A DNA stretch of 64,000 nucleotides from Podarcis cretensis. Lineage: Eukaryota. Below the pieces are notes generated by a model. That model was given only the letters and a program-made list of their open reading frames with translations, was not told the DNA's origin and did not search any database. Below, one piece after another: positions 1 through 13,828 of the stretch; position 1 is the stretch's first letter, and each line of letters starts with the position of its first letter. The translations under genes were made by a program, and so were the position numbers. The stretch covers positions 52,142,001 through 52,206,000 of the forward strand of contig OX638153.1 of NCBI GenBank assembly GCA_951804945.1, read 5' to 3'.

Positions 1-94
1 GAAATTCGTTTTGCGAAGCGCCTCCAAAACGGAAAACCCTTTCGTCTAGTGGGTTTTCCGTCTTGCGAGGCGTTCATCTTGCGGGGCACCACTG
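1..94 (-). mobile_element. End of a Tc1/mariner(Tigger)-like MITE, same family as 40312-40665, in the opposite orientation
   Basis: Ends ...gcggggcaccactg|TA; reverse complement aligns to the left end of the 40312 copy. Confidence 0.8.
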
Positions 95-96
95 TA

Positions 97-232
97 ACCC
101 AGAGATGCATTTTAAATAAAAGGACACATTCTACTCATGTAAAAACACACTGATTCCTGGACCACCTGCGGGCCGGATTTAGAAGGCGATTGGGCTGGAT
201 CCAGCCCCCAGGTCTCAGTTTGCCTACCTATG
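97..232. mobile_element. hAT-like MITE end
   Basis: gcgggccggatt...agtttgcctacctatg terminus typical of small hAT elements; the other end lies outside the window. Confidence 0.55.
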
Positions 233-975
233 GTTTAGCACTTTACCTTTAGCACTGCCAAATACTGTCCTCCACTGCCACAATACAGATAATATTACCT
301 CTTTCCCACCATACAGTAATAAGCCTTGTCTGCTTTAAGAATGTTCCATACTGTGGAACAAAGCAGCTGAAAACAGAATTCCCCCTATTAAATGTCTCAG
401 TTTACAAGGATACTCCAAAACATCTCAGCTGCATTATTTAGTGTTATGGCTCTTGTGAGAGTTTAAGTTTAAAGCAGCCAGCTGTTTATTTTATGTATTC
501 ATTGATTAATCAATAAGAGCATTCCTTGTTGGAAGTTGCTTAAGGTTACTTTCCTGCACATTTTAACAGCAAGATGGCATCCTCCACATATACTACATAG
601 GAGAATGCTAATCCCACTTTCCAAGGCTGGCCACTTGCCTTTTCAGAGGAGTAATCTAAAAAGGACCAGACCATCTCCAATACGTTCTCCTTGGCTGAGC
701 CTATAATTCCACATCAAATGGCACTGAGCACACTTAGTAGTCATGGGATATGAGGACAGGTCCTCTTAAGGATTAGTAACTGGTTAAGCAACAAGAAACA
801 GAGGGTTTTACTAAATGGACAGTTCTCACAATGGGAAACTCCTGTGAGACCTTCCAAAGACTTGTATATATTTGATTAACCAATGGTATTTAATTACTCA
901 TGATCACAACTTGGGGTGAACAGCAAAGTGATCAAATTGTGGATGGAATAGCGTTTTTCAGAATGGTATTACTTA

Positions 976-1145
976 CTGTATTTTTCCGTGTATAAGACAC
1001 CCCCATGTATAAGAAGCCACCTATTTTGGGGGGCTCTAAATTAAGAAAAAACCCCTCAGCACTACCCGTGTATAAGACGAGCCCCAATTTTAAACCTATT
1101 TTTTTGGTTAAAAAACACACAAATCTTTTACACAGAAAAATACAG
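976..1145. mobile_element. Tc1/mariner-type MITE
   Basis: TIRs CTGTATTTTTTCCGTGTATAAGA / tcttttacacagaaaaatacag; TA on the left, TG on the right. Confidence 0.75.
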
Positions 1146-2108
1146 TGTTATTTTGTTATATTTGTCAGTCATCTCGCCTGAAGAGATTCTACGTAGGTCA
1201 TGTACAGTACAACAGAAAGCAAATAGTAAAACATAGCAAAATACCAGCCAAATAATGCAGCCAACCAACAAGAGAAAACAAGTATCAACGTTGACACCAT
1301 CATATAAAGATGAAAACTCCAAATACTAGGAAGTTTGAGATGTTAGAATAACATTAACGTATTAAAAGACTCAAGCACAATGTGAAGAGCCTCATAAGGA
1401 CCTCTCCAAACTGAATGGGTAACAAAATGGGAAATATGCTTCAGTCTAAGTAAATCTAATGTGATACACATGGGGGGGGGCATCCCAACTTCACATATAC
1501 ACTAATGAGGTCTAAATTGGCAGTAATGAAGTGAAGAAGAGAACCTGGGGCCATGACTCACTGAAAATATCAGCTCAGCAGTGGTGGGTAAAAAGACTAA
1601 TTCTGTGTAGGATGGCTAGGAAAGGTACTGAAAATAAGATTACCAGTATAGTATAATATAAATGAATGTTTTGGCCACATCTGGACCACTTTGCATTTCT
1701 CATCACTTCATCTCAAGAAGGATATTGTACAACTTCAAAGGGTACAGAAAATAGCAACCGAAAGAATTTAAGGACTGGAGGACCCACCTTACAAGGAAGG
1801 CTTCAAGTATTGGGGACTTTTCAATTTAGAGAAAAGGTTATTAAAAACTGGGGAGGGGTATGATACAGTTTTATCAAATGATGGGGTGAAGAAAGTGGGG
1901 AAAACTTTCCCCCTCCCCTAATTTCTTTTCTTGCATATTTTAATAATGTGTTCTTATCTATATCGTTGTGGAATTGGTTTTACACTTGTAAACCACTTAG
2001 AAGTCCTTTGGCAATTATGTAGTATATAAATTAAGAAATCAATAATACTAGAATTCTTCAATGAAATTTATTGGTGGGAGATTCAGCACAGACAAAAGTC
2101 ACAACATA

Positions 2109-2334
2109 AAGTGGTACCTTGGGTTACATACGCTTCAGGTTACACACTCCGCTAACCCAGAAATAGTGCTTCAGGTTAAGAACTTTGCTTCAGGATAAGA
2201 ACAGAAATTGGGCACCGGCGGCGCAGCAGCAGCAGGAGGCCCCATTAGCTAAAGTGGTGCTTGAGGTTAAGAACAGTTTCAGGTTAAGAACGGACCTCCG
2301 GAACGAATTAAGTACTTAACCCGAGGTACCACTG
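2109..2334 (+). mobile_element. 226-bp Tc1/mariner(Tigger)-like MITE
   Basis: TA|aagtggtaccttgggtta ... taacccgaggtaccactg|TA; closely similar copy at 15769-15994. Confidence 0.9.
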
Positions 2335-5300
2335 TAATGTATAATTAAAGGAATTTGCTACCACAGGACGTAGTGGTGACCGTTTCATTGGCTTTAAAGG
2401 GGACAAGGCTATCAATGGCTATTTGCATGCAGTCGAAAGGATCTAGGATCAACCAAGTGTGAGTTTAACATACCCACAACATAACTGATGACAGAACACC
2501 CCCAGTTTGTGCAATATAGATCAAGGATTGGGCAGCCCATTTGCTGGCTGGGAAAACCAATGAAGTTGGCATGCTGGTCAGTTTCACTGTGGTGCAGGCC
2601 GGGCATGATGGTTCTCAAGTAATCTGGGACCATGGTTTCCAGCTCACCTCACCCACCCCCTGTTTTGCAGTGCCACTCTGTGACTCTTTATGGGCATCCC
2701 TCATAGGCAATAGATCCTGCCCAATGCCCTCACTCATCAATGGAAAACTTATGAGAGATTGATATAGTCAGTGAACAGATACACTCACAGCCTTGCTATG
2801 AAGAAAGGCAGGGGGAGCTCACCAGCCAACTGAGGCCATGAAAAGAATGCCATCTTGGATCTGCTAACTAGCAACCAATGCTGTTCATAGTAAGGATTCA
2901 GAGTGAGTAAGCTGGCAACACTGAATGCATTGCAGCACCCACAGTGAAGGCCAGTCCTCAGAGAATGAGTGCAGAAACAGGCTTCCCCATAGGCCCCACC
3001 CAAGGAGCCAACTAGGGCCAACCATTGGCTCCTGAAAGGGCCAGGTCTGGTCTGAGCTACAGCTTGAAGGTGGCCCACCCAGACTCAGCTAGCTGCCTCC
3101 TGCCCCCTCTGAGCTGGGGTGCAAATGTGGACCACTATGGAGAGGCTGTGAGCTGGTTGTAGTCCTGATGGCTTTTATGGAGGCTACAAGTACAGAAGCA
3201 GTATTGTGGCTGAAAACCAGTTATTGAGGTCAAAGCTATAGGAGAGTTTCTGCCTTCATGTCTTTATGGTGGAATCTGCTTGGTCATGATGAGCTACAGA
3301 ATGCTATACTAGATGGACCCATATTCTGATTCAGAAGGTCTCTTCTCATGTCCTTATACAAAAATGTTATCATTGTGGCACATACATTCCCATCTTTATG
3401 CCAACTTTCATCAGCTTTGGATGTTTTGGACTATAATTCCAGAACATCTAGAGGGCACAAGGTTGCAGAAGGCTGCTTTCTCCATACGTTGAGGCAGATC
3501 TGATTCTATGCAGTGGGAAACACACACAAAAACTGGCAAAGGGCCATAATCCCCTTCTGAAGAAAATCTTCTTTTGTGGTTGGTCTCAAGCTGCCTGACA
3601 TACAAGTTATAGCAGAATATTGCTGTGAAATCATCTAGCCCCCAAAATACAGTGAATATTGTAAAGTATTTGCATATAGGGACTTATTTTGGAGACAAAA
3701 TGGTACCATACTACACCTTGATGAAATTAAGCAGCATCTAAACTAGTTAATTGTTTTCATCCAGATCAGCAGATCACATAATAGAAAACTGAACCATAAA
3801 TAAAGCCTATGATCTTTTATACCTGGAGATGGGCAAATGAACAGAAAAAACTGAGGACAGAATCCAACTCGTGCCAAAGATTAGAATGGTGGGTATGACT
3901 GTATTTTCCATTCCTGGGAGAACTCAACTCAAAGCTCAATCCATTCAAGCACCTGGGTTTCGTTTCATAATAGCCTCTGTTCCTTGTTCCTTATTATCAG
4001 AGCCAACTATGTTCAAGCTAAGGCAGATCTTGTTCCTAAATTTATGTCTCTGTGTGTGACCACTACAATATGTGTTTTGTATGCTTTCTCCTGAAAGCCT
4101 AATATAGTGACACTGGTGACACAGCTTGGACTCTTCCTTTCATGTATATTACCAACTTGAACTGCAACCTGCTGGCAGATTTTTCTTAAACTCTAAAATG
4201 AGGGTCTAACCTTCTCTTCTTCTTCTTTTTCTTCTCTGTTACCTATAATCTTGATTTGACTCACACAAAAGCGACACAGTGGGAAATCCACTCAAGAGGA
4301 CTTTGACAACGAACAATGGAAGCCTACCTACACGGAAGCTGACTGGTGGCGTTTATAGCGAGGAAATGTATTAAAGTTTAAAGATGTCATGTATGTTAAC
4401 TTACTGGTGTTGCTGGTCAAAGGAAGGATGCTTAGAGTCACATCAGCGAAAGTGCAAATATGCTTGTGTATAGAGCACACAGGACAACAACAAGGAGGAG
4501 GAGGAGAGGAGGGTCGGTTTAAAATTGTGAAAACAGAGACATAGGATAACACCTAAGTGATTCTATGCCTGATCAATGAGAATGCTAGAAATGATCGATA
4601 GTATGGTGGAGCAGGGTGGAGACTAATAAAAAAGAGTTGTGTTGCTAACAATGTGAGCACTCCCAAATTCCACCTCATAATGAACTCGCAGAATGGCCCT
4701 AGGCAAAATGTTGCAAGATAGAAATAATAATATTGACTATGTTACAGGGTATTTTTGACCACTTGAAAAGTAATGTAATGTTTGTTAGGAAATCACTGGG
4801 GAATACATGCGTGGGAAATACAGAAAAAAAATGTCTGACTGCCTGAATTCAAAAAGTGTGAGGGGCTTGACTCACTACCTAGCCAAAAGGGCCCCCGGCG
4901 GAGTTTAAAACAGAAATACGTGCAGCATTTGTAAAGCATGGGAAATATAGGTTGTTAGACCTTTAAATATCCCAGTATTAAGCACTCACAATTGTGCTCC
5001 CCCACCTCTACCCCTCTCAGAGTGAATAAATTACAACCTAAAGTAAGTTTAAATGCTTTACTTACAGTAATCAAAGTTCTCAACCCTCATTCAAGGCTAT
5101 AGCAGAAACAACACAGGCAAGGTGTTCTTGGTTAGAAAATACAAAAGTTAGTCCCAAACATGCAGTCAGAGTCTGGAAGCCCATCCACAGACGGCAGCTG
5201 CATGGTTCAAAGAGAAGAGAGCGGAAAAGAACAGGAAGAGGAATTTTTTCTTCCTTCCTCTCTGCAGCTGAGGGATCTTGATAAATCCAAGCCTTCTTTA

Positions 5301-5485
5301 GCAATTAAGAACTCTGTGATCCTTAACCCCTTATTGACTAGCAATTATGCAGAGTCATGTTTGGCTGCATGAATCTCTCACAATATCCACGTTCTATTGC
5401 AGTGGGTACAGATATTGACCCCACCCTTGCTGCTGCCTCACCTTTGCTTCCACCCCACCACAACTGGATCAAGGTAAGCTGCAGC

Positions 5486-5854
5486 TTTTGAATTATGGTG
5501 CTGGAGGAGACTCTTGAAAGTCCCATGGACTGCAAGAAGATCAAACGTATCCATTCTTAAGGAAATCAGCCCTGAGTGCTCACTGGAAGGACAGATCGTG
5601 AAGCTGAGGCTCCAATACTTTGGCCACCTCATGAGAAGAGAAGACTCCCTGGAAAAGAGCCTGATGTTGGGAAAGATGGAGGGAACAAGAAGAAGGGGAT
5701 GACAGAGGACAAGATGGTTGGACAGTGTTCTTGAAGCTACAAACATGAGTCTGACCACACTGCAGGAGGCAGTGGAAGACAAGAGTGCCTGGCGTGCTCT
5801 GGCCCATGGGGTCACAAAGAGTCAGGCACAACTAAATGACTAAACAACAACAAC
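5486..5854 (+). mobile_element. 5'-truncated BovB (RTE clade) LINE
   Basis: ORF VPWTARRSN..ILKEISPECSLEGQIVKLRLQYFGHLMRREDSLEKSLMLGK; (CAA)n tail; 10-bp TSD AAGCTGCAGC at 5476-5485 and 5855-5864. Confidence 0.93.
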
Positions 5855-5927
5855 AAGCTGCAGCAGTCTCTGTGCCAGGAGGGTGGCTCCACCCCATCAC
5901 ACACACCCGCTACTGTCAAGGCAGAGC

Positions 5928-6120
5928 TTCATTTATTACAGTTTTTAACCCTGCCACTCCTCTATAAAGCTCAAGGCAGCATATATTGTGCCCTTCCATT
6001 TTATTCTCATAACAACTATAGGATGTAGGTTGAATGGAGAGGTTCACCCAAGGTCACCCACTGAGCTTCACAGCTGAGTAGGGAAGTGAACCTGGTTTCC
6101 TCCAGGATGTATCTAACAGC
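5928..6120 (-). mobile_element. Old CORE-type SINE relic
   Basis: cccaaggtcaccca...gaacctggtt core shared with the 25801-26064 SINE. Confidence 0.55.
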
Positions 6121-6867
6121 AAGCCCAGTAGGACCAGCACTCAGCCACAAACTTGCTTTTCATGCTAGGGCTCAGCCCAAGCACAGGTACGGTGTCAATG
6201 TGTGCCAACTGCTTTTCGTCTCACTACGCCAAGTACCAAAACATCTAGGATGTGGCGGTGGCTGGGTTAGTGGCCAATGGTCATGGATTTTAACATAGGC
6301 CAGAACTTGTGCAATCCTTGCAAAATTAAACCGTTCTCCATTTCAATTGCATTTTTTTTTTAAGAACCTGGAGGTTTTACCACCTACACTTACCACAGAA
6401 AGCCTCTGAGAAGGAAAATAAATTCCACTGACATCCCTTAAAAAAAATAAAATCCAAGCCCAAATTGTTTTTACTACCTCTATCCAGCCCCGAGTCAGTA
6501 TAATTTCATCCTGCTGCCAATCTGTCTGGCTGCAGAGAAAAGCTTTCCAAATGGGCTCGGATGTGAAGGGAGTGCATGGCTTTACTTACTTTGTTTAAAG
6601 AGTAGCCTGGCTCAAAGAAAGGCAAAGGCAAGCTTAGCACCTGCACACTTGTACAGGTGCACAATGATGCTGCAGAGGAGCTGCACCATTGATGCAATTC
6701 CAACTGATCTCATTCATCTGATTAACAGAAGGGAACGCATGCCTAAATCACTCCCCTATAGCCATTTTGGAAACTATTTTTAGTGGCATATAAATATTTG
6801 AAATCACTGCAAACTTCTGGATTGGATGGCCCAAGCAGTTCTCTCTGGCCACTGCTGTTCTGGAACT

Positions 6868-6868
<1 letters not shown>

Positions 6869-6910
<42 letters not shown>
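6869..6910. repeat. (GT)n microsatellite
   Basis: Direct read. Confidence 0.95.
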
Positions 6911-6913
<3 letters not shown>

Positions 6914-8435
6914 CATATATACTGAGTCAAGTGCCTCAGACCTCTAATTCTAAATCCCAGCACCCTGGCAGAAGGAAGGCTAAGTATCCTAGAATCTCCT
7001 GAATTCCTGATAAACCTGCTTGGACCTTCAGTACCCTTTACCCTCCTCTCCACACCTGAAATGTGAATGCAGGTTTATCCAAGCTCCGAGGCTGTCTTCT
7101 TTCCTTGTGAATCATGAACCAAACCCAGACCCATGACTGGTGTGTGTGTGTGTATGTGCACATGCATGAGACTCATGTCACAATCATAATTCCATTAGCA
7201 AGTTTGTTTTGGAAGAATAGTATTGTTTGTTTTTAAAGCACTGACATCTAAGCAACAAACCAAACCCTTGCTATGGTTTCAATCACATACCAGAAGAGAT
7301 GAATTGTGAGGAAAAGAAATGTTTTCCCTGAACAAACTCCTCCGAAAAGTGTTTTGCCTTTGCATGCAAGCAAGAAAATGCCCCGGATAAAACAAAGTTT
7401 GCTTATTTTAGTTTCTACTCAATTACCTGTTAATGGAAAAAATCTGGCCCTACTAATAATGAGGGAGAAATGAGATCACTGTTCTTGAGGCCTGGTTTGT
7501 CAGGGACGCTTGCAACAAGAAGTGCATTTATCTGCCTTTCTATAACCCTTTTCAAGCCCCCTGGTAAAGAGCCGAAATTGAACAGCCAGTTTAGGAGGAA
7601 CTTGGAACCTGCTCCAGGCTTCGTAGGCCCTCTGGGACGAGGAAAATTATTGTTGGCAAGCCTGCCTGGCTCCAAAAGTCAATCCAGTACCCCCCACTTG
7701 CCCATGCAGAAGCTATAGCAGCAGCAGCAGACACAGCTAAGAATTTTGTTATAATTAAATAACAGAGTGCTGATTGGCTGACTGAAGGTGGTCTTGAAAC
7801 CGATGCTTAAGGCCTGAGAGAACAACGGCAGCTATTCATAGGAAGAGGGAGAGAAGCTCAAAAGCTGCGTGTTTCCATTCCAAACTTAGTACCCACCTAC
7901 CTAAAAATGCCAAGTCACTGTGTTTTAAAACTACCACCTGCCTGGATCTTTTGTACTTGACGCATTTGAAAGTGAAGAGAGCATCTTTAAAAGGTACAAT
8001 TGGGACTTGAGTGGGAAACAGCAGCCTGTTGACAAGGGAAGATAACAAAGTTATCTGGCAAAACCTGGCATCCAGCAGCAATAAATGGGATTGTTTTGCA
8101 AATAAGATAGCGATGTTTTCTCAGTGCTTTCCTGCCTTGCTCATCGACCAGAAAAATATATATATAGGGAAAAAGGTTTTCAGCCAAACAAGACATAACG
8201 CATACAGAGCCACATCTTGTAAATGCTCCACAAATATGAATAGGCTCACTAACGTTACACCACACAGCAGAGTGTGTATTTTAATCCAACTGGCTCTTGC
8301 CTGCGTGGATGACACCAAGCGGTGTTATTGACTTTGCTACAGAACCATGAAGAGTCCTGGGGCTTTGCTGCACAGAAAGCTGAATTTCCTCCAAATGAAC
8401 AAGTCTAAAGAATTTCATAATTTACTATCCCACAG

Positions 8436-8439
<4 letters not shown>

Positions 8440-8485
<46 letters not shown>
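8440..8485. repeat. (AT)n microsatellite
   Basis: Direct read. Confidence 0.95.
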
Positions 8486-8487
<2 letters not shown>

Positions 8488-9624
8488 ACAAGCTGAGGTT
8501 CAATCATAGACAAATATTGTTGTCCCTTCTTCCAAAACCCATAGGTCACAGAATATATATATATATGCACAAACACATATACATGCACACACGCAGTAGA
8601 TTAATGGTTTTTAAACATAAAGTTGATCATGGGCAAAACATTTACCTGGATGTCCTGCACAGGTTTTGTCTCGTTTAAATGCTTTTACTATATGGGCCAA
8701 CTTAAATTCACACTTTAGTGTGCCAGCTACCTGAGACCCATGAGGCCAAGGCCGCCAGGCCACTGTACTGCAGTCACCAAGCTAAGTGAGGCAAAAGGGA
8801 CCAACTTGTTAGCACCAGCAGCTTCACATCCAATAGCAATTGATCTCTTTGGCTTGCTGCAGGAGGAAAGAAAGAGGGTGGCTTTCAGTTTAGAAGTAGG
8901 ACTGTAACCTGGCTCCTTCATCCTCCATCAGTTTGCAGGCCAGCAGTGGTCCACAGGTCAATTGCTGGGACTGGGGCACAGGAAAACCAACAGCCCTTTC
9001 ATCCAACACTATGTTGACTATATAGAATTGATATAATACCACGGCATCCCTTATTTTTGGCATGGAAGCGGCAAGGCAATTCAGGCTGCAGAAAAAGCTC
9101 CTATGAATTCTTTTTTATTGTCAATGCCAATTAGCATAGTCAAAGAGCAAATTTTATTGCACAAACTGGGATAATTTAAATGTACAAAATGATATAATTA
9201 CATGAGTTTGTATTTTACTTCTCTATGTCAACACACACACAAAGTAAGGTACCAGCCTCCTGCTCTGGGGAGAATAAAATCAGACAAAATAGACTCTCGG
9301 TTTGTAGTAATGATTGTGAGAGGTCATGGTGTAACACAACTACACTCTGCAGCATTTAAGACACTGTGGGATCACACAATAGAGATGGATTGGCATCGAT
9401 CTGATACACAGGCAATCCAAACCTGTCAATATGTTTACATTTTATTGTATTTGTGTTTTTTGGGGGTGGAAGGGAGAAAGTAAGGCAAAATATAGAGGAA
9501 AAATACACTGCATTCTTTATCTTAAGTCAGTGGGATCTAATGGGTGGAATGCTGTTGGTTCAAACTGCCCTCTGAGATTCTTTCCATATGGCAAAAAAAT
9601 GAGACTATAATAGCTACAGAAGAA

Positions 9625-9960
9625 TATCTCAAGGCAAATCTTTAAAAAGTAGTATAAACACTGACAATTGGGAATCACTGGCCTGCAAGCATTCCAATTG
9701 GAGAATAGCCTTTACCAAAGGTGTCATGGACTTTGAAGACACTCAAACTCAGGACGAAAGAGAGAAACGTGCTAAGAGGAAGACACATTTGGCAAACCCT
9801 CACCATGATCAACTCCTACCTGGAAACCTATGTCCCCACTGTGGAAGGACATGTGGATCCAGAATTGGCCTCCGCAGTCACTTGCGGACTCACTGTTAAG
9901 ACTGTGTTGATGGAAGACAATCTTACTAACCCATGAATGATCGCCAAAGAAAAAAGAAGA
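9625..9960 (+). mobile_element. RTE-clade LINE 3' fragment with terminal C2H2 zinc finger
   Basis: Frame at 9831-9899 reads CPHCGRTCGSRIGLRSHLRTHC*, followed by a short UTR and an AAG-rich tail. Confidence 0.75.
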
Positions 9961-12900
9961 ATAAGTCTCCTTCGTAGTTTCTGATCATGTCCTTCCAGGA
10001 TCTTACACAAGATGAAGATATCAGTTTTGTCTTTTCTGTGACCTCAAGCAATTGCATTTTTCTATGGAATGATTTGGGGGAAAACTTTAAGCCAAATAGT
10101 AATATGAAAACACAGTACCTTTCAATGGTGTGTGAAGGATGTACCCAAGTGGGCCATATACTCAAACTTATTTGATGGGCAAAAGGAAGTCTAGAGCCAG
10201 TGTGTCATCTTGCAAATCTGGGAAGCAAAGTTCATCCTGAGAATAGATACTTGCATCTATGACTCCTAGTATTAGAAGCCCACAAAAAATATGTGCTCTT
10301 TCAAATTTTAAAAATAGGGTGGGGGTGGAATTAGACACCTTGGCACAGCATGTGTAATAAAACAATATTGACTTCCTTCTTCCTCTTCCTTTCCATTCTC
10401 TTTCATCTCTTTTACCTTTCTCTTTCTTCCCATCTTACTTTCTCTTTTTTCTTTTTTCCACTTTCTAAAAAAAGCCCAAATTGTTCACAAGCAATTTCCA
10501 CTAAGCAAAAATGCTTAATACAAAACTGTAACAACTGGAGATAAGAGAGGTAGTTGTGGGACAAGAAAACAGTAGTTTGTAATCAACACCTACTGTTAAA
10601 AAACTGGAATAAAATATGAATAATAAAGAATTTTAAAGTGCATAATCATGAACTGCAGTCTGTGAGAGGACCTGCCAAAATCCACATGAGAAATCCAAAG
10701 TAGTGAAATAGTTTGCACCTGCCAGCGCACTCAAGATTTCTTCTCTGCTGGGAAATGGAAAAATGTTCTCTCTCTGTATAGATTTAACTGTTTGAGATAT
10801 AGACACAGATCCTTTTTCCTCCTTAGTTTTATCACCAAAGAGTAATAAAGTAATTTCCAGTAATTTGAAAGTCCACCAATTTATCCAGTTTGCTTTTAAA
10901 GATTTGGCAATATTAGAGTAACACTAGAGTATGTATGTTTGGTCTGTTTGGTGTAGTCAGTTGTATATCATATTCCATTTTTAGTTTACCAACTCCCCTG
11001 CGAAATCAATGAAACAATTCCATGTTACCAGGTGTTTCCTCCTTCACTGAGTACATTCTTCTGATTAAGCCAAGCACTCAAATTCTAATATAGGTGGTCC
11101 ATTATCTGACACGACAAACAAAATGAGCATGTTGTTTTGTAACCCATTCTAACCAAGCTACCACACTTTCAATAATCACATTTGGTTGTGCTGCCATGTT
11201 CAGTTTGAAATTCCCTGTAAAACTATGGACCACTAACAAAATATTCCAGTCCTTTGTCAAAAATGGTTGCTGTAAAGTGGAGTTTCTCTAATTTTCTATT
11301 GCCAGGACCCAGTTGAAAGGGTTGGAAATTACTGGAGCCCACCAGTCACAAAATGACAGCCGGTGGAGGTGGAACACCTGGAAATTGCTGACATCATTAT
11401 CTATAATTACCTATTATTTCTTCCAGCCTACCTCTTAAAGGAGACCTATCCCCACAGTAACTCCAACTTCTTAAGGCTGCAATCCCATGGTCACTGTCAG
11501 CGCCAGATTTAGGGTAGTGGGGGACAGTCCCCTACATAAGGCACTGAGCCAAAAAGGCACATGACAACAACAGCAACAACCTATATTTATGTGGGTAAAT
11601 ATACAAATAAACTGCACCAGAAGGAATTATTGCTCCAGACACCATATTACCAAAGTCCACCCATGTCCCTGTCACAGCTCTCCACAGGCCATAGAATAGT
11701 ATGGACCTCCCTCTCTAAAGGCTGACCAGGACACTCACTCACCAAGGCATCCTCCTTGGCGGCTGTGGAAACCTCTGTAGCTGCCCCTCTTCCACTGTCA
11801 GTGCCCAGGTGGTGGAGTGGGGGGAAAGGAGGCGTTCTGGGGTGGATCAGGGGATACTTCGGATCCATTGGAATTCAGTCCATTCTGCAGAGTGATGTCA
11901 ATAGATTGCCTGTTATTTTCAACACATGCTTAGGAGATATGAAGCATAACTGCTGGGGTTTTCTTTGTGAACACTATTTTTGGAACCAATTTTTCCTTCT
12001 CTAAAAAGTCTTTGAAAACAACCCCCAGATGTTATTAAACCTCTTCACTCTGAAACAAACAGAAAATGGCTGGGTACAACCCAAATCACTACCATAAAAA
12101 GGATACGTGATTTTGATTTTTTTTAAAGCCAGATACTGTGTTTAATTTACTTTTTCTGGAATTCTATGACAATTGCCTTTTTATTGAATAAAAGTGTTTC
12201 TTGAGACTACACACTCATGGTTTTAAGGCAAGCTGTCTTTTGTTCATCTGATGCTTAGTCAATGCATATTTTTTAGCTTGTTTCAAAGGGTTTGTCTGGT
12301 TTTCTTGGTGTATATGGTTTCATTACTTTGCTCCCTTAATAAACCAAGAATGAATCACAAATACATATTTTAAATGATTATAAGAAAATGGAACTTTCTT
12401 GAGGTACCAAGTCTTTTAATGGGTTCTATCTTTTCAACTATGGACTTTCCACCACTACTTGATTGCTTTAAAATGGCAAAGGAAGAGGGATATTTGCAAG
12501 GAGGTGGAAAGCTAGGGAGAGTCAATGGCAGATAGGAATGAGACTAAATTTTAAAAAGTCAGAGTCATATCCTAATTCCATAAAACTGGGGAGAGCTATA
12601 GTTTTTCTCCCCACTCCCCCTGGATCTTTCTCTCTCATAAGGCAAGGACCTCATTTTATTTTAAGCATTAGAGAAATTTCAGAAGTAGTTCATCCTGAAC
12701 ATTCCTCTTTTCTCTCTTTGTCCTGGTGATAGCGGCTTATTTATATTGTCTCTGGCCCTTTCCTATCCAATGAACCAGTGTGTGCAACTGAACTCATTGC
12801 CAGAAAATGTGACTAAGCAATTAACTGATTGTTGTCCACTGCTTATACTTTGGATGTCTATAAATGAACAGTTTAAACAGAAGTTTAAACTAATAGTTTG

Positions 12901-13674
12901 GACCAGAGCACTTTGTAACTGGAGCAGAAGTAATGAATTTAAAATTCCCACTCACACTCCATCATGTTACAAATTGCATCTGTTTGTTTTATTTTAAAAG
13001 CCTTTGGATTAAAAATGTGATTCATAAGCACTGTTTTGCATTTTATTTTATTTTGATATTTTAGATTTGTTGTGGTTTATGTCAGAACAAAATTTCCATT
13101 ACGTGGCATAAATCAGATGTGGAGATAAAATTAGTATATAAAGGAAAAATACTCCTGGTGTAAGAAACTTCTTATTATAATATTGTTTGTTGCAAACTTT
13201 GCATGGCTCATGAATCAGAAACATGAGAGTATAAGGAAAGCAGCGTGGCGTCAAGTTCGTTTTCATTCCTCCAGTTCCCTTGCAACAACTTGACTCCACT
13301 GCAACGTTTACTCTGGTATATGATGCCATGAGAGAAAGGCCTATCATTCAAGGATCTTATTTCCCAGAGTGGCCAACCAGATGCCTCTGGGAAGCCCTCA
13401 AGCAGATGTCAGTGCCACAGGAGATGTGAATGGCACAAACTTCACCTGACACCCAAACTACAGGTGATCTCAAAATGGCTCCTGTGCTGGGTTTCAGTTC
13501 TCTGCTGGTATGCCCCCAATATGCTTTCATTAAGACACTCGTAAGTAGGAAAAATTTGGTTCCCACTAATCATTAGATCTCCCTTTTATTATTCTCTGTA
13601 TCTGATTGCCTCCCCATTGACATTGTCAGCTCAGTGTCAAAGTACTTCTCTAAAGCCCCACTGACACTTGGTAC

Positions 13675-13828
13675 CAGTGCTTCCCCCCCAAAAAAAAATA
13701 AATGTTTAGGGGTACTCTCATTTTCCTACTCATATTGAAATGCTGCCCCTCAATGAGGCCAAACTTAGATTCACAAAATGTTTAGGGGTATGCGTCCCCC
13801 TGTGTCCCCCCCAGAAAAAAACCCACTG
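13675..13828 (+). mobile_element. hAT MITE
   Basis: CAGTG...CACTG ends, perfect 8-bp TSD CTTGGTAC; inverted copy at 53240-53376. Confidence 0.9.

Larger units (their letters stand above)
735..2420 (+). mobile_element. Degenerate CR1 LINE ORF2/3' fragments, interrupted by two MITEs
   Basis: Relic RT segments (...ISNWLSNKKQRVLLNGQFSQW near 773-834) and CR1-like downstream blocks at 1400-1900; boundaries approximate. Confidence 0.65.
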
